Positions 31,200 through 39,742 of a DNA stretch of 64,000 nucleotides are shown one piece after another. The stretch's first letter is position 1, and every line of letters begins with the position of its first letter. Source of the stretch: Patescibacteria group bacterium. GTDB taxonomy: Bacteria > Patescibacteriota > Minisyncoccia > Phycocordibacterales > UBA9973. Under the pieces are notes generated by a model. That model ran no database searches and was not told where the DNA came from. It was given only the letters and a program-made list of their open reading frames with translations. The DNA is taken from positions 65,976-129,975 of the forward strand of contig JBBTUY010000002.1 of the NCBI GenBank assembly GCA_038063515.1, given 5' to 3'. The translations under genes and the position numbers were made by a program.

Positions 31200-31748
31200 A
31201 TGAAACACCTAACAGTAAAAGAAAAAGAGGCTACAGTATTTGAGAAAATGAAAAGTGATTTTCATTACAAAAATGTCATGGCTGCACCACGACTACAAAA
31301 AATAGTGATCAATGTCGGCACAGGTACTATGATCAAGAAAGACAAGAATAAAAACGACACCATTGGAGCTCGTCTTGCAAAGATCACAGGTCAGGAGCCT
31401 TCTAAAAGGGGAGCAAAGAAATCTATCGCATCTTTTAAAGTTCGTCAGGGTGACCCTATAGGCGTCATGGTGACACTTCGTGGCAAGCGTATGTATGCAT
31501 TCCTAGAAAAGCTTATAAATGTAGCTCTTCCTCGAACAAAAGATTTCCGAGGTATACAGAGAAGTGTCGTAGACAACATAGGTAACCTCACTATAGGTAT
31601 CAAAGAACACACTATTTTCCCCGAAACTGCTGACGAAGACATAAAAGACGTTTTCGGTATGTCTATCACTGTAGTTTCATCAGCAAAAACTAAAAAAGAA
31701 GGCACTGCCTTTTTTGAGCTTCTTGGTATTCCGTTTAAGAAAGAATAA
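31200..31748 (+). CDS. rplE: 50S ribosomal protein L5
   Basis: KNVMAAPRLQKIVINVGTG...RGDPIGVMVTLRGKRMYAFLEKLINVALPR. Confidence 0.9.
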   Translation: MKHLTVKEKEATVFEKMKSDFHYKNVMAAPRLQKIVINVGTGTMIKKDKNKNDTIGARLAKITGQEPSKRGAKKSIASFKVRQGDPIGVMVTLRGKRMYAFLEKLINVALPRTKDFRGIQRSVVDNIGNLTIGIKEHTIFPETADEDIKDVFGMSITVVSSAKTKKEGTAFFELLGIPFKKE

Positions 31749-31799
31749 AATAAAGCCTGCTTTTTTATTGTTCTTTTATATTATAACACGAATATCAAA

Positions 31800-32095
31800 A
31801 AAGTAAAGTTTAACTAAATGTTGACAGAGAGAGAGTTATTTATTAGTCTGTTTTTGGAGGACTATAGTATGGGGAATTTCTCTCCATACTATAGTTTAAT
31901 ATGAAAAAATTTTTATGCATTATCACGAGCATTGTCTACGTTTGTAGACAATGCTCGTTTAAAACTCATGAGGACTGGAAGGCAGTCCGTCATGAGCTTG
32001 AAATGGGTCACACGTGTGACCCTGAAACACCCAGGTAGAGTGGCAAGGCCCGCAGACTGTCGCCTATGGCGATCAAAGTCTGCGGGCCTTCATAA
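31800..32095 (+). ncRNA. Structure-dense intergenic element between rplE and rpsN (candidate sRNA, regulatory RNA or operator cluster; identity unknown)
   Basis: Features in order: a TTGACA -35-like box at 31822; a 12-bp IR (ACTATAGTATGG...CCATACTATAGT); an 11-bp IR (GCATTGTCTAC-GTTT-GTAGACAATGC); the perfect 18-bp palindrome GGGTCACACGTGTGACCC; and a 12-bp IR (GGCCCGCAGACT...AGTCTGCGGGCC) that ends the region. Confidence 0.3.
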
Positions 32096-32096
32096 T

Positions 32097-32124
32097 TTGA
32101 CTTTTTATACCAATTTGCTATTAT
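32097..32124 (+). promoter_or_regulatory. Sigma70-like promoter P2 upstream of rpsN (TTGACT - 16 nt - TATTAT), duplicate of P1
   Basis: Identical 27-nt block to 27978-28004. Confidence 0.55.
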
Positions 32125-32248
32125 ATATAGAAGGGTGATATACCTTGATTAATCTACTTTTCTCCTTATCTTTTCAGTTTAATTTATTTGATCTGAAGAA
32201 ATAAGAAACAAAGTTAGATATTAACAGGGTACTCCCATTTTATTATTT

Positions 32249-32434
32249 ATGGCAAAAACATCAGTTAAAGCGAGAGCAGCAAAAACACCAAAGTTCTCTA
32301 CACGTCAAAAGAACAGGTGTTTTCGTTGTGGCCGTGGAAACGGTTACATGAGAGATTTCGCTCTTTGCCGTATATGTTTCAGAGAATTAGCAAACGAAGG
32401 TATGCTTCCAGGTGTTCGTAAATCAAGTTGGTAG
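32249..32434 (+). CDS. rpsN: 30S ribosomal protein S14, zinc-binding type Z (61 aa)
   Basis: [38 protein letters not shown] (CxxC...CxxC). Confidence 0.85.
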   Translation: MAKTSVKARAAKTPKFSTRQKNRCFRCGRGNGYMRDFALCRICFRELANEGMLPGVRKSSW

Positions 32435-32472
32435 TCAATCACTTAGGTGTTGGACACCTAAGTAACAAAAAA

Positions 32473-32859
32473 ATGGATTCAATTTCAAACATGTTAATAA
32501 TGATCAAGAATGCAAGTCTAGCAGGCAAAGAGTCTGTTTCTTTTCCAGCTTCTAAGATAAAGTTTGCTATTCTTGAATGCTTAAAGAAAGAAGGCTATGT
32601 CGGAGAAGTTGCTAAGAAAGTTAAGAAAGATCATCCAGTTATAGAAGCAAAGCTTATCTACGTAGACAAGACACCAAAAGTTACACAAGTAGAAAGAGTT
32701 TCAAAGCAGTCACGCCGTGTGTATTTTGGAGTAAAGGATATTCACAAAGTTCGCAACGGTTCAGGTCTTCTTGTACTTTCAACACCAAAAGGAATTTTAT
32801 CAGGACGAGATGCTCGCAAGGAGCAGGTGGGTGGTGAGGCTTTGTTTAAAATTTGGTAA
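32473..32859 (+). CDS. rpsH: 30S ribosomal protein S8
   Basis: MDSISNMLIMIKNASLAGKESV... Start placed at the internal ATG downstream of the rpsN stop. Confidence 0.85.
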   Translation: MDSISNMLIMIKNASLAGKESVSFPASKIKFAILECLKKEGYVGEVAKKVKKDHPVIEAKLIYVDKTPKVTQVERVSKQSRRVYFGVKDIHKVRNGSGLLVLSTPKGILSGRDARKEQVGGEALFKIW

Positions 32860-32872
32860 TTAGAATAAATAT

Positions 32873-33418
32873 ATGAGTAGAATAGGAAAACAAGAAATAA
32901 CAATACCAAAAGGAGTTACAGTCACTAAAAATGTTGACGTTGTTACTGTTTCTGGTCCTAAGGGCACACTCACAAAGGTTTTCCGAGATGATATTACTAT
33001 CACAATAGCAGGTGAGCTTATAACTTTAAATATAAATAGAAACGACAAATTTTCTAAAGCTCTCTGGGGTACATATGCTTCTCACTTGAAGAACATGATA
33101 GTCGGCGTAGAGACTCCATATACAAAGAAGCTTATTTTAGAAGGTGTTGGATTTAAGTCTGACGTCAAATCAGACGGTCAACGTAAAGAAATTCATTTTG
33201 CTTTAGGCTTCTCTCATCCTGTTATAATTCCTATACCAGAAGGACTCGAAGTTAAAGCAGAGAAGAACATCATTACAGTTACAGGTATAGATAAAGAGCT
33301 CGTGGGTTCTTTCACTGCATCACTTAGATCTTTGAAGAAAGCTGAGCCTTACAAGGGTAAGGGTATGAGATACGAAGGTGAAGTCGTAAGACGTAAGCAA
33401 GGTAAGAAGACTGTGTAG
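32873..33418 (+). CDS. rplF: 50S ribosomal protein L6
   Basis: MSRIGKQEITIPKGVTVTKNVDVVTVSGPKGTL. Confidence 0.9.
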   Translation: MSRIGKQEITIPKGVTVTKNVDVVTVSGPKGTLTKVFRDDITITIAGELITLNINRNDKFSKALWGTYASHLKNMIVGVETPYTKKLILEGVGFKSDVKSDGQRKEIHFALGFSHPVIIPIPEGLEVKAEKNIITVTGIDKELVGSFTASLRSLKKAEPYKGKGMRYEGEVVRRKQGKKTV

Positions 33419-33436
33419 GTAAACATTTAAAATACA

Positions 33437-33778
33437 ATGCAAAACAAAACAGACAAAAGAATAAGACTTAAAAAGAAAATTAGAGTAAAGATAAATGGTA
33501 CTTCGGATTGTCCACGTCTTTCTGTATTTCGTTCTAATAAGTTTATTTATGCACAGGTTATTGATGATACAATAGGCAAGACACTAATCTCAGCAAGTGA
33601 TATAAAAGCTATAAAAGGCACAAAGACAGAGAGAGCAAAAGAAGTCGGTCGTCAGATAGGTGACATGTGCCTAAAAGCAAAAATACAAAAAGTAGTCTTT
33701 GATCGCAACGGTTTTAGATATACTGGACGAGTGAAATTAGTAGCAGACGAAGCGAGAGCTGTTGGAGTTAAATTTTAA
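33437..33778 (+). CDS. rplR: 50S ribosomal protein L18
   Basis: RLSVFRSNKFIYAQVIDDTIGKTLISAS...GFRYTGRVKLVADEARAVGVKF. Confidence 0.9.
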   Translation: MQNKTDKRIRLKKKIRVKINGTSDCPRLSVFRSNKFIYAQVIDDTIGKTLISASDIKAIKGTKTERAKEVGRQIGDMCLKAKIQKVVFDRNGFRYTGRVKLVADEARAVGVKF

Positions 33779-33783
33779 TTTTT

Positions 33784-34344
33784 ATGGAAAAACCAAACGA
33801 AAAAAAGAATAGCAGTCATCGCTCATCTTCTTTTGGAAGACCAAAGCCTGAATTTGATCAGAAGATTTTAAATATAAGACGTGTGACTCGTGTGGTAGCT
33901 GGAGGACGTAGATTTTCTTTCAGTGTCGCACTCGTTGCAGGGGACAACAAAGGTTCTGTAGGATTTGGCCTTGGAAAGGCTGGAGATACTGCGCTTGCTA
34001 TAAACAAAGCACTTAGAAATGCAAAGAAGAACATGGTTACTTTAAAACTTACAAAAACTATGTCCATACCTCACGAGCTTTCTGCAAAGTTTTCTAGTTC
34101 AAACATAGTACTATATCCAAACTTTGGACGTGGACTCGTGGCTGGATCTGTCGTACGTGATATCATAAAACTATCAGGCATGAAAGATATTACTGGTAAG
34201 GTTTTGTCAAAGAGTAAAAATAAATTAAACAACACAAAGGCAGTCATGAAAGCATTAGAGAATATTTCTGGTAAATACACAAAGGTAGTTCCTGTAAAAC
34301 AGACAGAAGATAAAGGAGAAAAGGTAGCAGAAGCTGTAGCCTAA
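33784..34344 (+). CDS. rpsE: 30S ribosomal protein S5
   Basis: RRVTRVVAGGRRFSFSVALVAGDNKGSVGFGLGKAGDTALAINKA. Confidence 0.9.
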   Translation: MEKPNEKKNSSHRSSSFGRPKPEFDQKILNIRRVTRVVAGGRRFSFSVALVAGDNKGSVGFGLGKAGDTALAINKALRNAKKNMVTLKLTKTMSIPHELSAKFSSSNIVLYPNFGRGLVAGSVVRDIIKLSGMKDITGKVLSKSKNKLNNTKAVMKALENISGKYTKVVPVKQTEDKGEKVAEAVA

Positions 34345-34353
34345 TATAAATAT

Positions 34354-34668
34354 ATGCAGATACATAATCTAAAAAGACAACATAAAAACAAAAAGGATAG
34401 ACTTGTAGGTCGCGGTGGTAAACACGCGAAGACTTCAGGTCGTGGTGGTAAAGGTCAGACAGCTCGTGCTGGTAACAAGCGTCGCCCTGAACTTCGTGAT
34501 ATCATAAAGAAGCTACCTAAAAATCGTGGATATAAATTTCAATCTACTAATAAAAAGCCTTATCAGGTTTCAAAAGATAAGGTAGTGTCTACTTTAGGTG
34601 TTGTAGAAAATTTTTCCGAGATCAGGAAGCGTCTCGGAGTAAAAGGTAAGAAGATATTAGTTAAATAA
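34354..34668 (+). CDS. rplO: 50S ribosomal protein L15 (short, 104 aa). No L30 gene between rpsE and rplO
   Basis: GRGGKHAKTSGRGGKGQTARAGNKRRP pattern of L15. Confidence 0.75.
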   Translation: MQIHNLKRQHKNKKDRLVGRGGKHAKTSGRGGKGQTARAGNKRRPELRDIIKKLPKNRGYKFQSTNKKPYQVSKDKVVSTLGVVENFSEIRKRLGVKGKKILVK

Positions 34669-34710
34669 AACAGATCTCACAGTTCTGAGTTCTGTTTGGA
34701 AAATAAAACA

Positions 34711-35985
34711 ATGCAAAATTTTTGGACTAAATTAAAATTAATATGGACAGATAGAGGACTTCGAAACAAGATCTTTTTTGTCTTTGCAACTTTGATAGTT
34801 TTCAGACTACTTGCTGCTATTCCTATTCCCGGTATAGATACTTTTGCTTTAACTAGGTTCCTTTCAAACAATCAATTTTTTGGAATTTTAAACATATTCT
34901 CTGGAGGAGGACTCACTAATCTCTCTATAATAATGCTTGGTGTAGGACCATACATTACTGCATCTATTATAATGCAGCTTCTCACCATCATGGTACCTGC
35001 TTTAAAGAGAATTTACAGCGAAGAAGGCGAGGCTGGTAGAAAGAGATTTACTCAATACTCAAGACTACTTACTGTACCGCTTGCAGCATTACAAGGTTTT
35101 GCCCTTTTGTCTATTTTAGAAAGTCAGGGTATTTTACTTGATTTAACAAGTTTTGATCGCATCACAAATCTATTTATCGTTATTGCAGGGTCCGTACTCC
35201 TTATGTGGATCGGAGAGCTTGTCTCTGAGTTTGGTATTGGTAATGGTGTTTCACTCATAATATTTGCGGGTATCGTATCTGGTCTTCCTGCAAGTGTGGG
35301 CCAGTTCATCTTTGCTTTTGATGTGGCACAACTACCTCTTTACTTAGCATTTCTTGTTGTTGGTATTATAGTCATCGCAGGCATTGTGCTTGTGACTGAA
35401 GCTGAGCGCCCAATACCTGTAACTTATGCAAAGCGTGTACGAGGAATGAAGATGTATGGTGGAGGTTCTACATACTTACCACTTCGTATAAACCAAGCTG
35501 GAGTTATACCTATTATCTTCGGTCTGGCTATACTTTCTTTTCCTCAAATGATCGGTACAATACTTGGTCGTTTTGAGACACAGGCTATTTTGGTAAAGAT
35601 TTCTAAAGTATTACTTTCTTTCTCACAGACTTCTATTTTGTACGCAGTTCTATACTTCTTCTTAGTATTTTTGTTCACATACTTTTATACTGCTGTTACG
35701 TTTGATCCAGAAGCTCTCTCAACAAATCTACAGAAAAATGGCGCATTTATCCCAGGTATTCGTCCAGGTGCATCGACTTCCGAATATATTTCAAAAGTAT
35801 TAACTCGCATTACTTTACTCGGAGCGCTCTTCTTAGGTTTTATAGCTGTACTTCCTATCATCATGCAACATGCGACAGGTATCACTACTATTGCTCTCGG
35901 AGGAACATCAATACTTATCGTAGTATCTGTAGTCCTTGATCTCATTAAGAAAGTAGACGCGCAGGTGTCTATGAGAGAATACTAA
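34711..35985 (+). CDS. secY: Preprotein translocase subunit SecY
   Basis: Ten TM helices and conserved SecY blocks (FATLIVFRLLAAIPIPGID; GNGVSLIIFAGIV). Start placed at the MQNFW ATG. Confidence 0.9.
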   Translation: MQNFWTKLKLIWTDRGLRNKIFFVFATLIVFRLLAAIPIPGIDTFALTRFLSNNQFFGILNIFSGGGLTNLSIIMLGVGPYITASIIMQLLTIMVPALKRIYSEEGEAGRKRFTQYSRLLTVPLAALQGFALLSILESQGILLDLTSFDRITNLFIVIAGSVLLMWIGELVSEFGIGNGVSLIIFAGIVSGLPASVGQFIFAFDVAQLPLYLAFLVVGIIVIAGIVLVTEAERPIPVTYAKRVRGMKMYGGGSTYLPLRINQAGVIPIIFGLAILSFPQMIGTILGRFETQAILVKISKVLLSFSQTSILYAVLYFFLVFLFTYFYTAVTFDPEALSTNLQKNGAFIPGIRPGASTSEYISKVLTRITLLGALFLGFIAVLPIIMQHATGITTIALGGTSILIVVSVVLDLIKKVDAQVSMREY

Positions 35986-36548
35986 TTTTCTTTCCACTTC
36001 TTATATTCTAAAAGAATAGCACTTACAACCTCCTCGAGGTTGTTTTTGTTTGTATCTATGACGAGGTCGTAGTTACTCATATCTGTGCTATCTATTTTAT
36101 ATAATTCCCAGTATCTCTTTTGTTCGCTCTCGTAGCGTTCATTCATCCTCTTGTATACTTCTTCTGCTGTAGTTTCTTTTTCAGTTTCTTGTCTTAATTT
36201 GTTTTCCTTCAAACTTTTCATTATCCTATTTTTAGCTATCTCAGGAGGTAGGTCGAGGTAGACTTTAAAGGATTCGGGTATCCAGTAGTAGGCTGTGCGA
36301 GAGTCTATGACTATTTTTTCTTTGTTTCTCATGCTTCGGACTTTTTCATCTGTCATTTTGTCTATATTGCCGTCAGTTTCTGCTCGTATATTTAAGTCTA
36401 TCACAGATAGTCCTAGTTCAATTCCTACTTGTCTAAAAAAGTCTCCTGAGGAGAATCGTGTATATCCTAATTTTTGAGCGACGAGATTTGCAGTGCTTGA
36501 TTTTCCGCTGCCTAGATTGCCATTTATAGTTATAATCTCTTTCTGCAT
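35982..36548 (-). CDS. cmk: Cytidylate kinase-like P-loop NMP kinase
   Basis: ITINGNLGSGKSST P-loop and CMP-kinase-like length. On the opposite strand between secY and adk. Confidence 0.55.
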   Translation of the reverse strand: MQKEIITINGNLGSGKSSTANLVAQKLGYTRFSSGDFFRQVGIELGLSVIDLNIRAETDGNIDKMTDEKVRSMRNKEKIVIDSRTAYYWIPESFKVYLDLPPEIAKNRIMKSLKENKLRQETEKETTAEEVYKRMNERYESEQKRYWELYKIDSTDMSNYDLVIDTNKNNLEEVVSAILLEYKKWKEN

Positions 36549-36610
36549 ATAGAGATCATTCTAGTATATAATCCTTGATTATTCAAGCTAAATCTTGTAT
36601 TGTGTAGAGT

Positions 36611-37204
36611 ATGCAAGCTCAAACTTTAGTATTTTTTGGTATCGTGGGTTCCGGCAAGGGAACTCAGGTAAAGCTTGCGACTGAGTTTTTAAAATCTAAA
36701 GGTGTGAGAGAGGTCGTGTGTGTCGGTACTGGAGATATTTTTCGTAAAATTGTAGATTCATCAGCAAATGATGATTATACAAAAATGATAAAAGATTTAT
36801 TGCTTGCTGGAAAATTAGTACCTGACGAAGAGACAAACAAGCTTGTTTTGGATATTGTAGAGTCACAGATGTCTCCCGATAAGGATTTTATTTTTGATGG
36901 CTATCCTAGGACAGTTATCCAGTCGGGAGTTTTTGAAAATATGATGGAAAAATCAGGACGTAAGGATATTAAAATTATTTACATAGAACTTAGTAAAGAA
37001 GAGGCCATGAAGAGGAATTTATTAAGAGGAAGAAGTGATGACACAGAAGCAGGGCTTAACATGAGGTTTGATGAGTATGTAAACAATGTTGTTCCTGCTA
37101 TGAATTATTTTAAAGACAAGACGAGCTATGGTATATATAAAATAAACGGTGAGCAATCCATAGAGGATGTTCATAAAGATATTATTAACGCCTTAGGGTT
37201 TTAA
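36611..37204 (+). CDS. adk: Adenylate kinase
   Basis: GIVGSGKGTQ P-loop; TGDIFRK; FIFDGYPRT motifs. Confidence 0.85.
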   Translation: MQAQTLVFFGIVGSGKGTQVKLATEFLKSKGVREVVCVGTGDIFRKIVDSSANDDYTKMIKDLLLAGKLVPDEETNKLVLDIVESQMSPDKDFIFDGYPRTVIQSGVFENMMEKSGRKDIKIIYIELSKEEAMKRNLLRGRSDDTEAGLNMRFDEYVNNVVPAMNYFKDKTSYGIYKINGEQSIEDVHKDIINALGF

Positions 37205-37214
37205 TTTAAATCAA

Positions 37215-37895
37215 ATGGAAGAAACAATTATAATTTCGTTAGGTGGATCGCTTATTGTGCCAGAAGATATAGATGTTTCTTTCTTGAAAGACTTTAAGAG
37301 TTTAATTCTTGAACAGGTTTCAAAAGGTAAAAAGTTTGCGATCGTGACTGGTGGAGGACGTACATGTCGCAAGTATCAAAATGCAGCGAAAGAGATCACA
37401 GAGACTACGACTGAGGATTTAGATTGGATTGGAATTTCTACTTGTAATTTAAATGCTGAGCTCTTAAGAGTTGTCTTCAATAAAGATGCTCATGATAAAG
37501 TTATATTGGATTTATCTCAAAATTTCTTTCTAGAGAGTCCTATCGTTATCGGAGGTGCACTTGAGCCAGGACACAGTTCAGACATGGATGCAATGCTTGC
37601 TGCAAAAAACTTAGGTGCAAAGAAGATCATCAATCTCTCAAATATAGATTATGCGTATGACAAAGATCCAAATAAATTTCCTGATGCAAAAAAGCTTGAG
37701 AAAGTTTCTTGGGCAGAATACCGTACTTTTATACCAGAGAAGTGGATTGCAGGACTTAGTACTCCTTTTGACCCTATAGCGTCTAAGATGGCTGAAGCAG
37801 AGGGTATAGAAGTCATTATAATGAATGGTAAAAATATTCCAAATTTAGCAAAATGTTTAAACGGTGAGGAGTTTATGGGTACAGTGATTTCTTAG
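37215..37895 (+). CDS. pyrH: Uridylate (UMP) kinase, short/archaeal-type amino-acid-kinase fold
   Basis: IISLGGSLIV...FAIVTGGGRTCRKY (amino acid kinase family). 226 aa. Confidence 0.6.
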   Translation: MEETIIISLGGSLIVPEDIDVSFLKDFKSLILEQVSKGKKFAIVTGGGRTCRKYQNAAKEITETTTEDLDWIGISTCNLNAELLRVVFNKDAHDKVILDLSQNFFLESPIVIGGALEPGHSSDMDAMLAAKNLGAKKIINLSNIDYAYDKDPNKFPDAKKLEKVSWAEYRTFIPEKWIAGLSTPFDPIASKMAEAEGIEVIIMNGKNIPNLAKCLNGEEFMGTVIS

Positions 37896-37927
37896 TTTAT
37901 CATATATGATATGTTAAAAATTTAAAA

Positions 37928-39721
37928 ATGGAGTATAAAAACGAAAATAAAATATGCCAAAACTGTAAAAAAGACTTCGTGATTGAGGTTGAGGATTTTA
38001 ATTTCTATGAAAAGATGAGGGTTCCATCTCCTACTTTTTGTTCACTTTGCCGGATGAAGAGAAGATTTGTTTGGAGGAATGAACGCATGCTCTATAAAAG
38101 AAAAAGTGATTTTACGGGTGATGAGATTTTCACTGCTTTTTCTCCAGAATCAAATATAAAAATTTATGAAAAAGATATCTGGCTAGGGGATAAATGGGAT
38201 CCACTAGATTATGCTATGGAGTATGATTTTAACAGACCATTTTTCACTCAATTTTTTGAATTAATGCAAAAAGTACCATTTAAGAGTTTAAATGTTCAGA
38301 ATGGGGTTGGTAGTCCATATGTTAATAATGTCACAGATCCTAAGAATAGCTATCTAGTTTTTAATTCAAGTAATCCAGAAGACTGCATGTATGGGCATGC
38401 AATAAATTTTTGTAAATGGTGTGTCGATGTTTCTCATGTTTCAAAATGTGAAAATTGTTACGAAGGTTTTTGGCTTACACAATGTTCTAATTCTTCTTTT
38501 TGTTCACAATGTGAAAATTCTTTTAATATGATGTTTTCAAAAAACTGTTTCAGTTGCCAAGATTGTTTTGGTTGTGTGAATTTAAATAAAAAGTCTTATT
38601 GTATATTTAATGTACAGTATTCACGTGAGGAGTATTTAGAAAAAATAAAATCTTTTAATTTAGGTTCATATGAAAGTCTACAAAAGATAAAGAAAGAAGT
38701 TTTTGATTTCTGGATGAAATTTCCTAATAAGTTTTTACAAGGAACTCAGAATACAAATGTAAGTGGTAATTATATAGATCATTCTAAGAATGTAAAGAAA
38801 TCTTTCTTAGTTCGTGAAGGTCAAAATCTAAAGTATTGTCAGTATGTACAGGAACTACCAGGTAGTAAAGACTGTATGGATTATTCTGTTTGGGGTGACA
38901 ATAACCAGCTTGTTTATGAGTGTCATTCATGTGGCATAGGTACACAAAATATTAAATTCTGTGTGCTATGTCAAGAGAATGTTCATGATTTAGAATACTG
39001 TCTATTCTGTCTCGGTGGATCAGAAAATTTATTTGGTTGTGTCGGACTACGTAAGAAGTCATATTGTATTTTAAACAAACAATATACAAAGGAAGAATAT
39101 TTTAAAATGGTAGAAAAAATAAAGAAGCATATGGATGATATGCCATACATAGATAAAAAATGTTCGGTATATAAATATGGAGAATTTTTCCCAAGTGATA
39201 TGACTCCACATGGTTACAACGAGACTTTGGCTCAGGAATACTTCCCCCTAACTAAAAGTACTGCTTTGGCGCAAGACATAAAATGGGTAGAACCCCCAGA
39301 GAGAGAGTATACTTTTGATTTTAAGGTAGGTGCCTTAACTGATGACATTAAAGATGTTGATGATAATATCGTGGGTAAAGTTATTGAGTGTGAACATATG
39401 GGTAAGTGTGATCATCTATGCACTACAGCTTTTCGGATTATTTCTGATGAATTGACTTTTTATCGTAAAATGAATTTACCTTTACCTAGAATCTGTCCAA
39501 ATTGTCGAACTTTTGAAAGATTGAAACAACGTACTGGTATAGAACTTTATAAACGTTCCTGTGATTGTGGTGGAGAGAATTCTAAAAATGCTAAGTATAA
39601 AAATACTACAACACACAGTCATCTTGGTGAACCTTGTCCTAATGAATTTGATACTTCTTATTCTTCTGATAGAAGAGAGATAGTTTACTGTGAGAAATGC
39701 TATCAGCAAGAAGTTTACTAA
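37928..39721 (+). CDS. 597-aa cysteine-rich protein of unknown function with internally duplicated CxxC arrays and terminal zinc-ribbon-like motifs
   Basis: More than 45 Cys. Internal repeat: CFGCVNLNKKSYCIFNVQYSREEYLEKIK vs FGCVGLRKKSYCILNKQYTKEEYFKMVEKIK. Terminal repeat: N-terminal FYEKMRVPSPTFCSLCRMKRRF vs C-terminal FYRKMNLPLPRICPNCRTFERL. Confidence 0.5.
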   Translation: MEYKNENKICQNCKKDFVIEVEDFNFYEKMRVPSPTFCSLCRMKRRFVWRNERMLYKRKSDFTGDEIFTAFSPESNIKIYEKDIWLGDKWDPLDYAMEYDFNRPFFTQFFELMQKVPFKSLNVQNGVGSPYVNNVTDPKNSYLVFNSSNPEDCMYGHAINFCKWCVDVSHVSKCENCYEGFWLTQCSNSSFCSQCENSFNMMFSKNCFSCQDCFGCVNLNKKSYCIFNVQYSREEYLEKIKSFNLGSYESLQKIKKEVFDFWMKFPNKFLQGTQNTNVSGNYIDHSKNVKKSFLVREGQNLKYCQYVQELPGSKDCMDYSVWGDNNQLVYECHSCGIGTQNIKFCVLCQENVHDLEYCLFCLGGSENLFGCVGLRKKSYCILNKQYTKEEYFKMVEKIKKHMDDMPYIDKKCSVYKYGEFFPSDMTPHGYNETLAQEYFPLTKSTALAQDIKWVEPPEREYTFDFKVGALTDDIKDVDDNIVGKVIECEHMGKCDHLCTTAFRIISDELTFYRKMNLPLPRICPNCRTFERLKQRTGIELYKRSCDCGGENSKNAKYKNTTTHSHLGEPCPNEFDTSYSSDRREIVYCEKCYQQEVY

Positions 39722-39742
39722 TTTCTAACATATAAATTTACC

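Noticed and set aside
31800-32095. Identification of the structured island as SRP RNA, RNase P RNA or tmRNA
   Set aside because: None of the conserved motifs were found: SRP domain IV GGAAGCAGCCA, the RNase P P4 sequence AGGAAAGUCCGGGC, or the tmRNA tRNA-like ends. tmRNA was instead found next to smpB at 49481-49882.
31932-32138. 68-aa ORF inside the palindrome-rich rplE-rpsN gap
   Set aside because: Requires a TTG start and has no Shine-Dalgarno sequence. It is Arg/Leu/Trp-rich and is read straight through four perfect inverted repeats. More likely RNA or operator sequence than coding.
28442-35945. Short ORFs antisense to or out of frame with ribosomal protein and secY genes: 28442-28624, 28926-29153, 29529-29729, 29533-29898, 31445-31705, 32860-33048, 33858-34067, 34071-34280, 34677-34871, 35124-35309, 35685-35945
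   Set aside because: Each is fully contained in a well-supported conserved gene on the other strand or in another frame. No independent support.
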